Below are positions 1 to 8,998 of a DNA stretch of 64,000 nucleotides, piece after piece. Both the position numbers and the translations under genes were made by a program. The DNA is from an uncultured delta proteobacterium (GTDB lineage Bacteria > Desulfobacterota > Syntrophobacteria > BM002), in NCBI GenBank assembly GCA_963712115.1, contig CAVQGX010000030.1:96001-160000 (forward strand). The letters run 5' to 3'. Within the stretch, counting starts at the first letter, position 1. The number at the start of each line of letters is the position of its first letter. The notes beneath the pieces are model-generated. The model worked only from the letters and a program-made list of their open reading frames with translations, did no database searches and had not been told where the DNA came from.

Positions 1-2
1 TT

Positions 3-1310
3 CTGATATTGGGCTTGCTGGCCACTTTTACCCTCCATCTCATAAACGGACTCCATTTCTATTTCCCTTCAGTACCGCAGATTCCGACCTTGATCCTTGC
101 CGGTCCGTATTTCCCCAAACATGGCCTGTTTTCTGGCTTCCACAAGCTGAAAATCTTCATCTACCCCGCCTTTATCGGGTTTGCCTTTGTAACCTCTCGG
201 CAGATTTCTTTCAGTTTCTGGTTCTTCTTTTTCTTGGGCGGCCTATTGTTTGGCTTGCTGGGTGTTTTGGGTTACAACATACCCACCGCTGCTTTGGGTG
301 TGACCTTTGGTCCCACCCTTTCACGTCCGGAAGAAACTCAGGTAATAGGCGCTTACGCTGTCTTCTTTATCTTCATCCTCTGGCTGGCTCGCTATCACCT
401 GCTGGATGTTACGCGGCAGTGCTTCTTCATAGGCAAAAGGAAAGAATCCGAGGTGAGATGGGCTTCTTCGAGGATTTCCGGTTGGGGATTTTGGCTGGGA
501 ACATCAATGCTTGTCTTCTGGTGTCTAAAGTTCGGCATGCCTCTGAAAGTGGCACTCCTCCTTCTAGGCGCCTTCTTTTTTATTATGCTGGTGACCAGCA
601 AGGTGGTCTGTCAGGGGGGTATTCCATATTTCACCCTTTCTGCCGCTCCTACAGATGGACTGCTCTCCTTTTTCGGCTCGCGTTTCTTTACTAGTCTGGG
701 GCTGACCATGGCAGCGGTTATGCAAAAGGTGATGTTTGTGGATCTGCGGGAATCCATGATGCCTTCGCTGGTTCATGGTGCCAAGGTAAGTGAAGGCGTC
801 CGCAACAGGGGGATTATCTTTACAGGGATTATCCTAGCGGTTATTGCTGGGGTAGTGGTCTCCTTCGTGGCAATGCTCGCTCTGTGTCACAAATACGGAA
901 TCCGCGGACTCCAGATGGATTGGGCCACTCGCACGACACTGGGCGTATACGAAAATGTCCAGCGTCTCCTGGATGCTCCCGGTGAACCGCGTCAGTGGGT
1001 GCTAATATTCTCAGCTGTCGGTGCGGTTATTATGCTGGTTCTGGTGATTTTGTATCAACGTTTTTACTGGTGGCCAATCCATCCCATAGGCTACCTAACG
1101 GCCTACAGCTCAGCAATGCGGATTCTCTGGTTCAGCTTCGTGGTGGGCTGGCTCTGTAACCATTTGAGTCTCAGATACGGAGGAGTATCGCTCTTCAAGA
1201 AGGTGCGATTATTCTTCATTGGCTTGATTATAGGGGATTTTCTCATGGCAGGCTCCTGGGCTCTGGTAGGTCTGTTCACCTTTGCAAGCTACCAGGTCTT
1301 ACCAACTTGA
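3..1310 (+). CDS. Multi-pass membrane protein, DUF6785/DUF6784-like (5' partial)
   Basis: Frame is open to the window edge; many hydrophobic segments; C-terminal WWPIHPIGY and FFIGLIIGD motifs recalled from this family. Confidence 0.6.
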   Translation: MILGLLATFTLHLINGLHFYFPSVPQIPTLILAGPYFPKHGLFSGFHKLKIFIYPAFIGFAFVTSRQISFSFWFFFFLGGLLFGLLGVLGYNIPTAALGVTFGPTLSRPEETQVIGAYAVFFIFILWLARYHLLDVTRQCFFIGKRKESEVRWASSRISGWGFWLGTSMLVFWCLKFGMPLKVALLLLGAFFFIMLVTSKVVCQGGIPYFTLSAAPTDGLLSFFGSRFFTSLGLTMAAVMQKVMFVDLRESMMPSLVHGAKVSEGVRNRGIIFTGIILAVIAGVVVSFVAMLALCHKYGIRGLQMDWATRTTLGVYENVQRLLDAPGEPRQWVLIFSAVGAVIMLVLVILYQRFYWWPIHPIGYLTAYSSAMRILWFSFVVGWLCNHLSLRYGGVSLFKKVRLFFIGLIIGDFLMAGSWALVGLFTFASYQVLPT

Positions 1311-1317
1311 GTTAACC

Positions 1318-1382
1318 CGGAACTCGGATCGCGGAATTGGGAATTATTTTGTTCCCCTCCGCATTCCGCGTTCCGAATTCCC
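1318..1382. repeat. Inverted pair of GCGGAAT/ATTCCGC heptamer arrays
   Basis: cggaactcggatcgcggaattgggaatt ... ccgcattccgcgttccgaattccc. Confidence 0.65.
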
Positions 1383-1392
1383 ACTTAAAAAG

Positions 1393-3354
1393 ATGTACGA
1401 CGATAAAGAGCTGCGAGAGTACCGAGACCTTTTGAAGGTGCCGGATCATTTTGAGGAAGGCTTCGACTGGAAAACAATTGTTGGCGCCATTTTCATCGGC
1501 TTCCTCATGATGCCAGGCAGCATGTACCTGCAGCTTGTAATAGGTACGGGCATCGGTCCAGCAGCCCGTTGGGTGACCATAATTCTTTTTGCTGAGCTGG
1601 CCAAAAGGTCTTACAGCGAACTAAAGCAGCAGGAGATTTTCCTCCTCTACTACATGGCGGGGGCTGCCCTGGCATCACCCTTTCAGGGGCTGCTCTGGAA
1701 CCAGTATCTGGTCCAGTCAGATGCCGCCAAGATGTTGGGACTCACTGAATTCATCCCTCAGTGGGTGGCACCGCCCATAGGTTCTGAATCTCTCCTGGAA
1801 CGCACTTTCTTTCACCGCGATTGGATGATCCCCATTTTACTTCTGGTTGGGTCTCAGATCATTCAACGTATCGATCATTTTGGTCTCGGCTATGCTCTTT
1901 TTAGGATTACCTCTGATGTGGAAAAACTTCCTTTCCCCATGGCACCGGTGGGAGCCCTGGGGACAATGGCTCTGGCCGAATCCACAGAAGATAAGCAAAA
2001 GAGTTGGAAATGGCGCGTTTTCTCCATTGGCGGAGTCATTGGCTTGGCTTTCGGCTCCCTGTACGTGCTTTTGCCAGCTGTCTCCGGCTTGCTTTTGACT
2101 GAACCAATCCGTCTCATTCCTATTCCTTGGATTGATTTAACCCGCCACACTGAGGATGTATTGCCGGCAGTAGCCACTGGCCTGCAGTTCGATCTGGGGC
2201 TTATATTCATTGGTATGGTCTTACCATTTTGGGCGGTAATGGGCGGACTGGTGGGATTGATAATCACGGTAGCGGCTAACCCGGTTCTTTACAAACATGG
2301 GATACTCCACCGCTGGCGCCCGGGCATGGCTACCGTTGATACCGTTTTCGCCAACAACTTCGATTTTTATATGAGTTTTGGTATTGGCCTGGGACTCGCC
2401 ATTGGCCTGATAGGCGTGTGGTATGTTCTGCGCTCTTTTTGGAATAGCGGTGGAGGTCAACGGGTTAGTTTTAAAGAACTCTTTAAGCCGCCACCCGGCA
2501 GGGGTGATTTCAATTTTTGGATCTCCATAGGCATCTATGTTTTCTCCACTCTGGCCTATACGGGCCTCTGTGTCTGGCTGGTTCCCAAATTTCCCTGGAT
2601 TTTCTTCCTTGGCTATGGCTTCATCTATACGCCGGTCATCTCTTACATTACCGCCCGCATGGAGGGCATTGCCGGACAGTTCGTCAGTTTACCCCTGGTG
2701 CGAGAGGCGAGTTTCATTGCAGGGGCCAAATTCTTTGGCTATCAGGGAATTGAGATCTGGTACGCCCCCATTCCCATTCACAACTACGGGGCGGCCACTG
2801 TAGAGTTTCGCAAGATAGAACTCACCGGAACAAGCATCCGGGGTATCATCAAGGCGGAGATTGTGGTTTTTCCGGTTGTTATGGTGGCAAGCCTTCTTTT
2901 TTCGCAGTTCATCTGGCGGTTGGCGCCTATACCCTCCAGTAGCTATCCCTATGCCCAGGAGCTTTGGCATCTGCAGGCCTTAAACACCTTGCTTATGCAA
3001 ACTTCGACTTTGGAGGGAAATTCCCTTTTCTTCCAGGCGCTGAAGGGAAGTTACGTTTTGGGTGGATTGGGCTTTGGTATAGTGACCTATGTCGTACTCA
3101 ATCTGGTGGGCTTACCGGTACTCCTGGTGTACGGAGTAGTTCGTGGCTTGGGCCAGTCTACCCCCCATGGCATGATCCTGGAGGTGGTGGGTGCCTTCCT
3201 GGGGCGCTTTTTTTTCCTCAAGCGCTACGGTACAATGTGGCGACAGTATGCACCTGTTCTATTGGCGGGTTTTTCCTGCGGAATGGGTCTTACCGGTATG
3301 TTCGCCATGGGAGTAACCCTCATTCTCAAATCCCTCGGCAAGCTGGCCTATTAG
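1393..3354 (+). CDS. OPT-like oligopeptide transporter family membrane protein
   Basis: About 650 aa, many TM helices, EKLPFPMAPVGA resembles the OPT LPFP motif; ATG 1393 preferred because the upstream ORF extension is repeat-derived. Confidence 0.65.
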   Translation: MYDDKELREYRDLLKVPDHFEEGFDWKTIVGAIFIGFLMMPGSMYLQLVIGTGIGPAARWVTIILFAELAKRSYSELKQQEIFLLYYMAGAALASPFQGLLWNQYLVQSDAAKMLGLTEFIPQWVAPPIGSESLLERTFFHRDWMIPILLLVGSQIIQRIDHFGLGYALFRITSDVEKLPFPMAPVGALGTMALAESTEDKQKSWKWRVFSIGGVIGLAFGSLYVLLPAVSGLLLTEPIRLIPIPWIDLTRHTEDVLPAVATGLQFDLGLIFIGMVLPFWAVMGGLVGLIITVAANPVLYKHGILHRWRPGMATVDTVFANNFDFYMSFGIGLGLAIGLIGVWYVLRSFWNSGGGQRVSFKELFKPPPGRGDFNFWISIGIYVFSTLAYTGLCVWLVPKFPWIFFLGYGFIYTPVISYITARMEGIAGQFVSLPLVREASFIAGAKFFGYQGIEIWYAPIPIHNYGAATVEFRKIELTGTSIRGIIKAEIVVFPVVMVASLLFSQFIWRLAPIPSSSYPYAQELWHLQALNTLLMQTSTLEGNSLFFQALKGSYVLGGLGFGIVTYVVLNLVGLPVLLVYGVVRGLGQSTPHGMILEVVGAFLGRFFFLKRYGTMWRQYAPVLLAGFSCGMGLTGMFAMGVTLILKSLGKLAY

Positions 3355-3740
3355 CTCATAGTAAAGAAGTTGATTAGTCAAATCGTCAAATCGTCGAATA
3401 GTCAATTCGTTCAAATCGTTGAAGCCGTTCAAATCGTTTAAGTCGTTAAAGCCGTTGAAATCGTTGAAACCGTTCAGGTGGTTAATTAGTTAATTAGTCG
3501 ATTAGTCAATTCGTTCAAATCGTTAATTCGTCATTGAGGCCATTCATAACCATTTGACTATTCGACAAATTGACGATTTGACTTGCTGCCCTCTGACCGC
3601 TGACCTCCGACTTCTGACTTCTGTTTTCCTTCGTCTGTCTTCTACCTTTTACAACAAATGACAGCGCAGCGTAGTGACCTAATGACGCCGAAGGCAAATG
3701 ACTGTTCTGTCTTCTGCCCCCGTCTCGCTCTTCTCGCATT
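3352..3740. repeat. Composite intergenic short-repeat array (8-mer AATTAGTC, 9-mer ATCGTTCAA, 7-mer CTCTGAC, GTCTCGC) with a 63-bp dispersed core
   Basis: Read directly; 3467-3624 is the reverse complement of 8776-8933; 3641-3703 is the reverse complement of 11256-11318 and 15489-15551. Confidence 0.9.
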
Positions 3741-3745
3741 ATTCC

Positions 3746-4333
3746 CTACCACGCATGCGGTCGAATCCAGTCTGTAACAGCGCCCGATGACTGGTAACCC
3801 TCAAGTCGGCTCAGTTCCTTGCCGGATTGGAACAGGACCAAAGTGGGCGTTCCACCTACTCGATATAAAGTCGGAACATACTGATTAATATCCACGTTCA
3901 AGGAGCCGACGCTAAGGCGACCTTCGTAATCTTTAGCTATTTTGTTAATGGTGGGGCTAAGTAACTTGCAAGGACCGCAATTGGGCGAAAAGAAGTTGAC
4001 TAAAGCAGGGATAGGTGAACGCAATACAGTTTCAGTGAAGTTTTGATCTGACAGCAACAAAGGTGCACCTTGGGTAGAAAAGTTCAAGGCAAGAGGGGCC
4101 TTGCATTTCCCGCAGATCGGCTGATCTCCAACCCTCTTGATAGGGATTTTGTTGCTAGTTTGGCATTGCTTGCAGGATAGGATCAATGCACCAGTACGAA
4201 TCGGAGATGACTGGGAAAAAAGTTGTCCCTTACATTTACCACAGTTGGGACTCTGCGCCAGCCTAGATGCTGACAGCTTGTTTCTTGTGCCGCAATTGCT
4301 GCATCTAATGTAGTAATCTGTGTTGTTTGCCAT
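3746..4333 (-). CDS. TrxC-like thioredoxin with two N-terminal zinc fingers
   Basis: CSNC..CGKC and CKQC..CGKC modules, then a thioredoxin domain with NCGPC and GTPTL. Confidence 0.85.
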   Translation of the reverse strand: MANNTDYYIRCSNCGTRNKLSASRLAQSPNCGKCKGQLFSQSSPIRTGALILSCKQCQTSNKIPIKRVGDQPICGKCKAPLALNFSTQGAPLLLSDQNFTETVLRSPIPALVNFFSPNCGPCKLLSPTINKIAKDYEGRLSVGSLNVDINQYVPTLYRVGGTPTLVLFQSGKELSRLEGYQSSGAVTDWIRPHAW

Positions 4334-4637
4334 ATCTGTGAATCACCCCTGAGTTAAGAATCCAGGCCCGGCCACCGGCCCAGAGGGCCTATGGGAATAC
4401 CTGCTCAGCTAGCAGCGGGCAACTGGCAGCTGGCAGAAGTCAGAGATCAGAGGTCGGAAGTCAGTGGTTTCTATCCCTTTTCAGATCCGCAATCCGCAAT
4501 CCGAAATGTCGCCCTTTGCTCCATGCCCTCAGCCCATGGAAGATCTCACTGTGCAAAGGAGGACCAGGTTTCCGAGACTGTAATCAAATATAAATTACAT
4601 TAAGAATGAGATTGGTTCTGTCAAGAAGGGAAGGGGG

Positions 4638-4790
4638 GATTGGAGATTGTGGATTTTAGATTGCAGAATCCTGAAACTTATAGTTTGGACCAGCACACTT
4701 GATTCGAACTGGATAGGCTGTTCCCCCGGGCACTAGGGGAAAGATGGCAGGGTTCCTAAATCTACAATCTTAGATCTACAATCTAAAATC
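4638..4790. repeat. Inverted pair of GATTGTA/TACAATC-type heptamer arrays
   Basis: gattggagattgtggattttagattg ... aatctacaatcttagatctacaatctaaaatc. Confidence 0.75.
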
Positions 4791-5558
4791 TTAGGCTAGG
4801 TCCAAATCAGGCGGTTGGGTCTTGGCGTATTCTTCATCCTCATCCGGCTCAACTTCAGGCTCGGGCCCGATGTTATCTTTGACATCATCGGGCAAAGCGC
4901 CATAGTTGATTCGGAGATAGGGAGCACCTATGCCGGGCGGGCGGTTCTTGTCGTATTTTACTGGCTCTCCCAGTTGTTGTTCGGTGGTAATGATTCGAAC
5001 TCCTTCACTTCCACCTGCCACACAGACTGAGACCTGGTCATCTGGGAAGCGGGCCCAGAAGATATTCACTTGGGCTGCTCCTTCTTTGGACCAACCGATG
5101 ACCCGTCGCTCCTTCTGATCTTTACTGAGAATCAGCCATACCTCATCGCTCTTGTGGATGTCAGAGAGAAGGCGAACCTTTTCCTTTTTTTCCTTTCTAG
5201 AGGTGTCTACCCCGACGTCGTAAAAGAAGGTGTTGACTATCTTTAAAACATCGGGAGGTAGGTCACGAGGCTCTAGAGATATGTGGCTCAACATCCATCC
5301 AGGTGGGAGGTCTTTTTCTTCTGGGTTGAAAGGAACAGTTTCCTCCGAGTTGGCCAGGATGCGCAGACCCGCGTCACCGCCGACCACCAACAGATCGATG
5401 AAACCACTAGACAATTCAGCCCAAAACACGCTTAGGTCGCACGGTCCGGACTTGGACCAACCAACCACAATTCGATGGAGCCGGTCTTCTAAGCTAGGAA
5501 GAATAAGGTATCTAGTTTTATACGCGTTTGAAACAGGAAATATAATTTCTTTCGCCAT
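4791..5558 (-). CDS. Hypothetical protein with an internal tandem domain duplication
   Basis: RIVVGWSKSG..VFWA..VVGGDAGLRI..PPG is repeated as RRVIGWSKEG..IFWA..VAGGSEGVRI..PPG. Confidence 0.75.
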   Translation of the reverse strand: MAKEIIFPVSNAYKTRYLILPSLEDRLHRIVVGWSKSGPCDLSVFWAELSSGFIDLLVVGGDAGLRILANSEETVPFNPEEKDLPPGWMLSHISLEPRDLPPDVLKIVNTFFYDVGVDTSRKEKKEKVRLLSDIHKSDEVWLILSKDQKERRVIGWSKEGAAQVNIFWARFPDDQVSVCVAGGSEGVRIITTEQQLGEPVKYDKNRPPGIGAPYLRINYGALPDDVKDNIGPEPEVEPDEDEEYAKTQPPDLDLA

Positions 5559-5649
5559 TGCCCAGAACCCATCGGATTTGATCAGACAGAAATACTAGCA
5601 GAGGTTAGGGATTTTTGCCAACAGGTAAATGGTCTTCCCTCGATTCGTT

Positions 5650-5666
5650 TGCAATGCTTGTGCCAG
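5650..5666 (-). promoter_or_regulatory. Sigma54 (-24/-12) promoter for the 4791-5558 gene
   Basis: Minus strand CTGGCAC-AAGCA-TTGCA, full match to YTGGCAC-N5-TTGCW. Confidence 0.8.
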
Positions 5667-5800
5667 TCACGAGAAGCTAAGGCTCAATATAAGTTTATTT
5701 AATTCTAGCAAACCTGGTCCTCCGGGTCAGGTCAGTTCTCAATGGCTTCGCCGGTAAAGATGGCGAGGGCTTTTGGAGTTTTGGAGTACTAGAGGGATAG

Positions 5801-5932
5801 AAATTCCAAATCACAAATCACAAATTTCAAATAAATCACAATAACCAAAATTCAAAATTCCAAACCTGTTTCGGTCATTTGGTATTGGAATTTAAGATTT
5901 GTTTGTAATTTGGTGCTTGGAGTTTGGGATTT
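5801..5932. repeat. Gene-less AAATYCC/GGRATTT inverted arm pair nested in a GGAGTACT/ACTCCA pair
   Basis: 65-nt left arm and 66-nt right arm are colinear with the arms flanking the gene at 25529-25894; outer arms at about 5773-5790 and 5945-5960. Confidence 0.85.
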
Positions 5933-6162
5933 CAGTGACTTCACCACTCCATTACTCCAGCATACCGCGGCAAGAGCGAAAGACCTTGGCTCCCCTTCGG
6001 GGGATGGCAAGGGCCCGGATTCTTTATTTTACTCTTGCTCTTTAAGGTCTTCTGGGGATAAATGTAGAAGGACGCATAGCGCTTTAGGCACCCTAACAAA
6101 ATACTAATTCTTGCTACGCGATCTTTCGGGATTTGCGCTTGCCCTGCTGGGACAGAGGTCAA

Positions 6163-7071
6163 ATGAATAGTGTGAATTTGGATTCTTGGAAAACTGTGGC
6201 CTGGAACGGAATCAGTATGAGAGTGCCTTCTCAGTGGGAGGTAAGCTCTTTGGCAAAATCTTACCTTCAGCTTGATGACGGCATGGGCCCTGTACTTGAG
6301 CTGAAGTGGCAACAAGTGAAAGGTGTTTTTTCCCACCAGGATCATCTGAAAAAGCTGGCTCGCCATTCCAGATCTGTTCCTGGACTAAGTTTCCAGCAAA
6401 CTTCTTTGCCAGAGGAGTGGCGGCAAGCTCTGCGTCATTTTGAGACTCAATGCTTTGAGTGGCAGGGTGGAGAAATAAATGGGAAAGGGGTTGTTTTGTA
6501 TTGTCCGGCGAGTCAACAGGCCAGCCTGCTGCAATTTTATCAGCAGAGGGGTTTAGGCGGCTCTGAGGTACACTTGGGCGTGTTAGATTCATTTCGGGAC
6601 CATTGTGAACAAGACATGGTAAGATGGTCATTATTCGGCCTCAATGCGCTTATGCCAAAATCATTTGGGCTGGTACGATATCGTTTTGAGCCGGGCCACT
6701 ACCAGTTGGAGTTCAAAGATCGTCAGGAGTGTGTCGACCTTAATCGCTGGGGGCCAGCTGATTTGCTTCTCAGGAAGAGTGATCTTCGTCACTGGTTTGA
6801 AAAGAGGTGCAACGAATTAGACTGGTGCAAGTTGGCAAGCATCCGAGAGCATAATTATCAGGGGAGGCCTGCTCTTTATGGAGAAAACCGAGGTCCGGAT
6901 ACCCTCTCAGTGAGGCTTTGGGCAAGGATATCCAGGAAATTGCCCAATGTGTGGATTCGCATCTGGCACCTTTCTTCACAGAACCAGATCCTCGGTGTGG
7001 CGGCACGTGGCTTGAAATCTTTGGATGAATACTTGCTTGAGGAAATCTGCAGAAACTATGATATGGCCTAG
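6163..7071 (+). CDS. Hypothetical protein coupled to the PqqD-family gene
   Basis: About 300 aa ORF overlapping the next gene; no recognised motif. Confidence 0.7.
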   Translation: MNSVNLDSWKTVAWNGISMRVPSQWEVSSLAKSYLQLDDGMGPVLELKWQQVKGVFSHQDHLKKLARHSRSVPGLSFQQTSLPEEWRQALRHFETQCFEWQGGEINGKGVVLYCPASQQASLLQFYQQRGLGGSEVHLGVLDSFRDHCEQDMVRWSLFGLNALMPKSFGLVRYRFEPGHYQLEFKDRQECVDLNRWGPADLLLRKSDLRHWFEKRCNELDWCKLASIREHNYQGRPALYGENRGPDTLSVRLWARISRKLPNVWIRIWHLSSQNQILGVAARGLKSLDEYLLEEICRNYDMA

Positions 7072-7492
7072 AAGGAAAAAGCTGCAGAAACATCACCTCA
7101 TGAGCGAACCTTCCACTAGGGCAGAGGCTTTTGCCTATTGTCCAGTTAAAAATCGAGAGGTGCTGGAAGAGGAGCTGGAAGGGGGTGCAATGGTGCTAAC
7201 CTATCCCCTAGTGATACGGCCTTGGCTGGCAGGTGTCGCTCAGAGGCTTGGGCTGCAGTCCAGTGAACCTCTAACCAGAAGGCTTGAACTTGATGAAATG
7301 GGGAGTCTCACCTGGAGTCTTCTAGACGGTAAACGTACTGTGCAAGATGTTGTGGACTTCTTATGTCGTCGCTATAAACTAAACCGTAGGGAGGCAGAAG
7401 TTGCAACGACCGGATTTCTTCGCGAGCTTGGTAAGCGAGGTCTTATTGGACTACGATCACCCCATGAGGAGGATAGAGAGAAATCCACTTGA
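7058..7492 (+). CDS. PqqD-family (RiPP recognition element-like) protein
   Basis: LELDEMGSLTWSLLDGKRTVQDVV...FLRELGKRGLI pattern. Confidence 0.8.
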   Translation: MIWPRRKKLQKHHLMSEPSTRAEAFAYCPVKNREVLEEELEGGAMVLTYPLVIRPWLAGVAQRLGLQSSEPLTRRLELDEMGSLTWSLLDGKRTVQDVVDFLCRRYKLNRREAEVATTGFLRELGKRGLIGLRSPHEEDREKST

Positions 7493-7550
7493 CAAAGAGA
7501 TGAACCTCTCGGCACCATGTTAAACCCTTTGACCAGGTAGGAGGTGTACA

Positions 7551-8474
7551 ATGCGTATAGTAGTGGTTGGGCAGGCGCCCTTTGGTGCCAAAGTACTGGA
7601 GGGACTGCTGGAAAAGGGAGAAGAGGTGGTGGCAGTATATACCCCTCCTGACAAAGGGAGTAGACTGGACCCTCTAAAGGAAGCAGCACTTGCCAAAGGA
7701 ATTGCGATTTATCAACCAGCAACCTATAAAGATGATCAAGTTTTCGCCGAATACAAAGACCTCAAACCTGACCTGACAATTTTGGCTTTTGTAACTGACA
7801 TTATTCCTGAAAAGTTTTTCACTGAACCCTCTCTCGGCACCATCTGTTACCATCCCTCTCTTCTCCCCCTGCACCGTGGCGCTAGCGCCATAAACTGGGC
7901 GATCATTATGGGTAGAGCCAAGACTGGTCTGACCATTTTTTGGCCGGACGGTGGAATCGATACAGGCCCAATTCTTCTCCAAAAGGAGGTGGAGATCGGA
8001 CCGGATGATACCACCGGGTCCATCTACTTCAATTATCTTTTCCCCATGGGAGTTGATGCCATCCTCGAGTCTGTAGATCTGATCAAAGAGGGCAAGGCCC
8101 CCAAAATTCAACAGGCGAAAGAAGGAGCCACTTACGAGCAGCCGTGCAGTGGTCGTGTGGCTGCCATAGACTGGGAAAGATCTGGCCAAGAAGTTTACAA
8201 TTTAGTGCGAGGCTGTGATCCTCAACCCGGGGCGTACAGTAAATTGAAGGAAGAAAAAGTCTGTTTTTACGGCGCTAGGCTCTTGCGGGAGTCCACTGAA
8301 GAGGTTCCTGGTACGGTAGTAAAAATAGACCCGGAGGGCTTTCAGGTAGCTGTGGAGGGAGGAAAACTGGCTGTCAGTAAAGTAAGGCCGGAGACTGGGG
8401 GCAAAATGGAGGCTGCGGCCTTTGCCTCGGAAAGAGGATTAGAAATAGGAGATCGATTTAGCAATGACGGGTGA
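7551..8474 (+). CDS. Formyltransferase (Fmt / 10-formyl-THF hydrolase N-terminal family)
   Basis: YHPSLLPLHRGASAINW, DGGIDTGPILLQ, RGCDPQPGA; AGGAGG RBS. Confidence 0.85.
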   Translation: MRIVVVGQAPFGAKVLEGLLEKGEEVVAVYTPPDKGSRLDPLKEAALAKGIAIYQPATYKDDQVFAEYKDLKPDLTILAFVTDIIPEKFFTEPSLGTICYHPSLLPLHRGASAINWAIIMGRAKTGLTIFWPDGGIDTGPILLQKEVEIGPDDTTGSIYFNYLFPMGVDAILESVDLIKEGKAPKIQQAKEGATYEQPCSGRVAAIDWERSGQEVYNLVRGCDPQPGAYSKLKEEKVCFYGARLLRESTEEVPGTVVKIDPEGFQVAVEGGKLAVSKVRPETGGKMEAAAFASERGLEIGDRFSNDG

Positions 8475-8718
8475 GACAGAACCAGACAAAGGGGAGATGG
8501 AGGAGGAGAACCGCCGAATACGGACCCTAAGACTCTTGGTGGATTTCTCTCTGGCTTACCTCGCCCAGACTAACTTGCCCCTGGAAGAGGCGCAGGCAGT
8601 CGTGGAAGGAGTTAAAAAACAGGCCTTGCGCCTTTTTCCAGAAAAGGAGGAGACCTTCGACCTGATTTACCTCCCAAGGTTTCGCCGTTTACTGAGGGAA
8701 AAGTATCACTTGCATTAG
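8464..8718 (+). CDS. Small hypothetical protein
   Basis: Overlaps the formyltransferase stop; LFPEKEETFDLIYLPRFRR. Confidence 0.7.
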   Translation: MTGETEPDKGEMEEENRRIRTLRLLVDFSLAYLAQTNLPLEEAQAVVEGVKKQALRLFPEKEETFDLIYLPRFRRLLREKYHLH

Positions 8719-8985
8719 CGCAGAGCGAATAGCGCTCTGCGCGGCGGGACGGGGATAGAGGTCAGAGGGCGGAGGACAGAAGTCAGAAGTCGGAGATCAG
8801 CGGTCAGAGGGCAGCAAGTCAAATCGTCAATTTGTCGAATAGTCAAATGGTTATGAATGGCCTCAATGACGAATTAACGATTTGAACGAATTGACTAATC
8901 GACTAATTAACTAATTAACCACCTGAACGGTTTGAACGATTCAACCACCTGAACGGTTTGAAGGCTTTGAAAGACTGCAACGGAT
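8716..8985. repeat. Composite intergenic short-repeat array
   Basis: GTCAGAG, GTCAAATC, GACTAATT and TTGAACGAT units; 8776-8933 is an inverted copy of 3467-3624. Confidence 0.9.
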
Positions 8986-8998
8986 AGCACTTAAAATC

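Noticed and set aside
3515-3739. Short ORFs over repeat arrays and MITEs (also 4391-4603, 5910-6107, 9766-10131, 11199-11402, 22783-22986, 33717-33968, 39798-40088, 44392-44697, 59337-59690)
   Set aside because: They are translations of the repeats (RSQKSEV, QRSEV, FKSFKS patterns) and have no protein-family motifs
3352-3740. CRISPR array interpretation of the intergenic repeats
   Set aside because: Units are 7-9 bp degenerate tandems with no constant repeat/unique spacer alternation, and no cas genes are present
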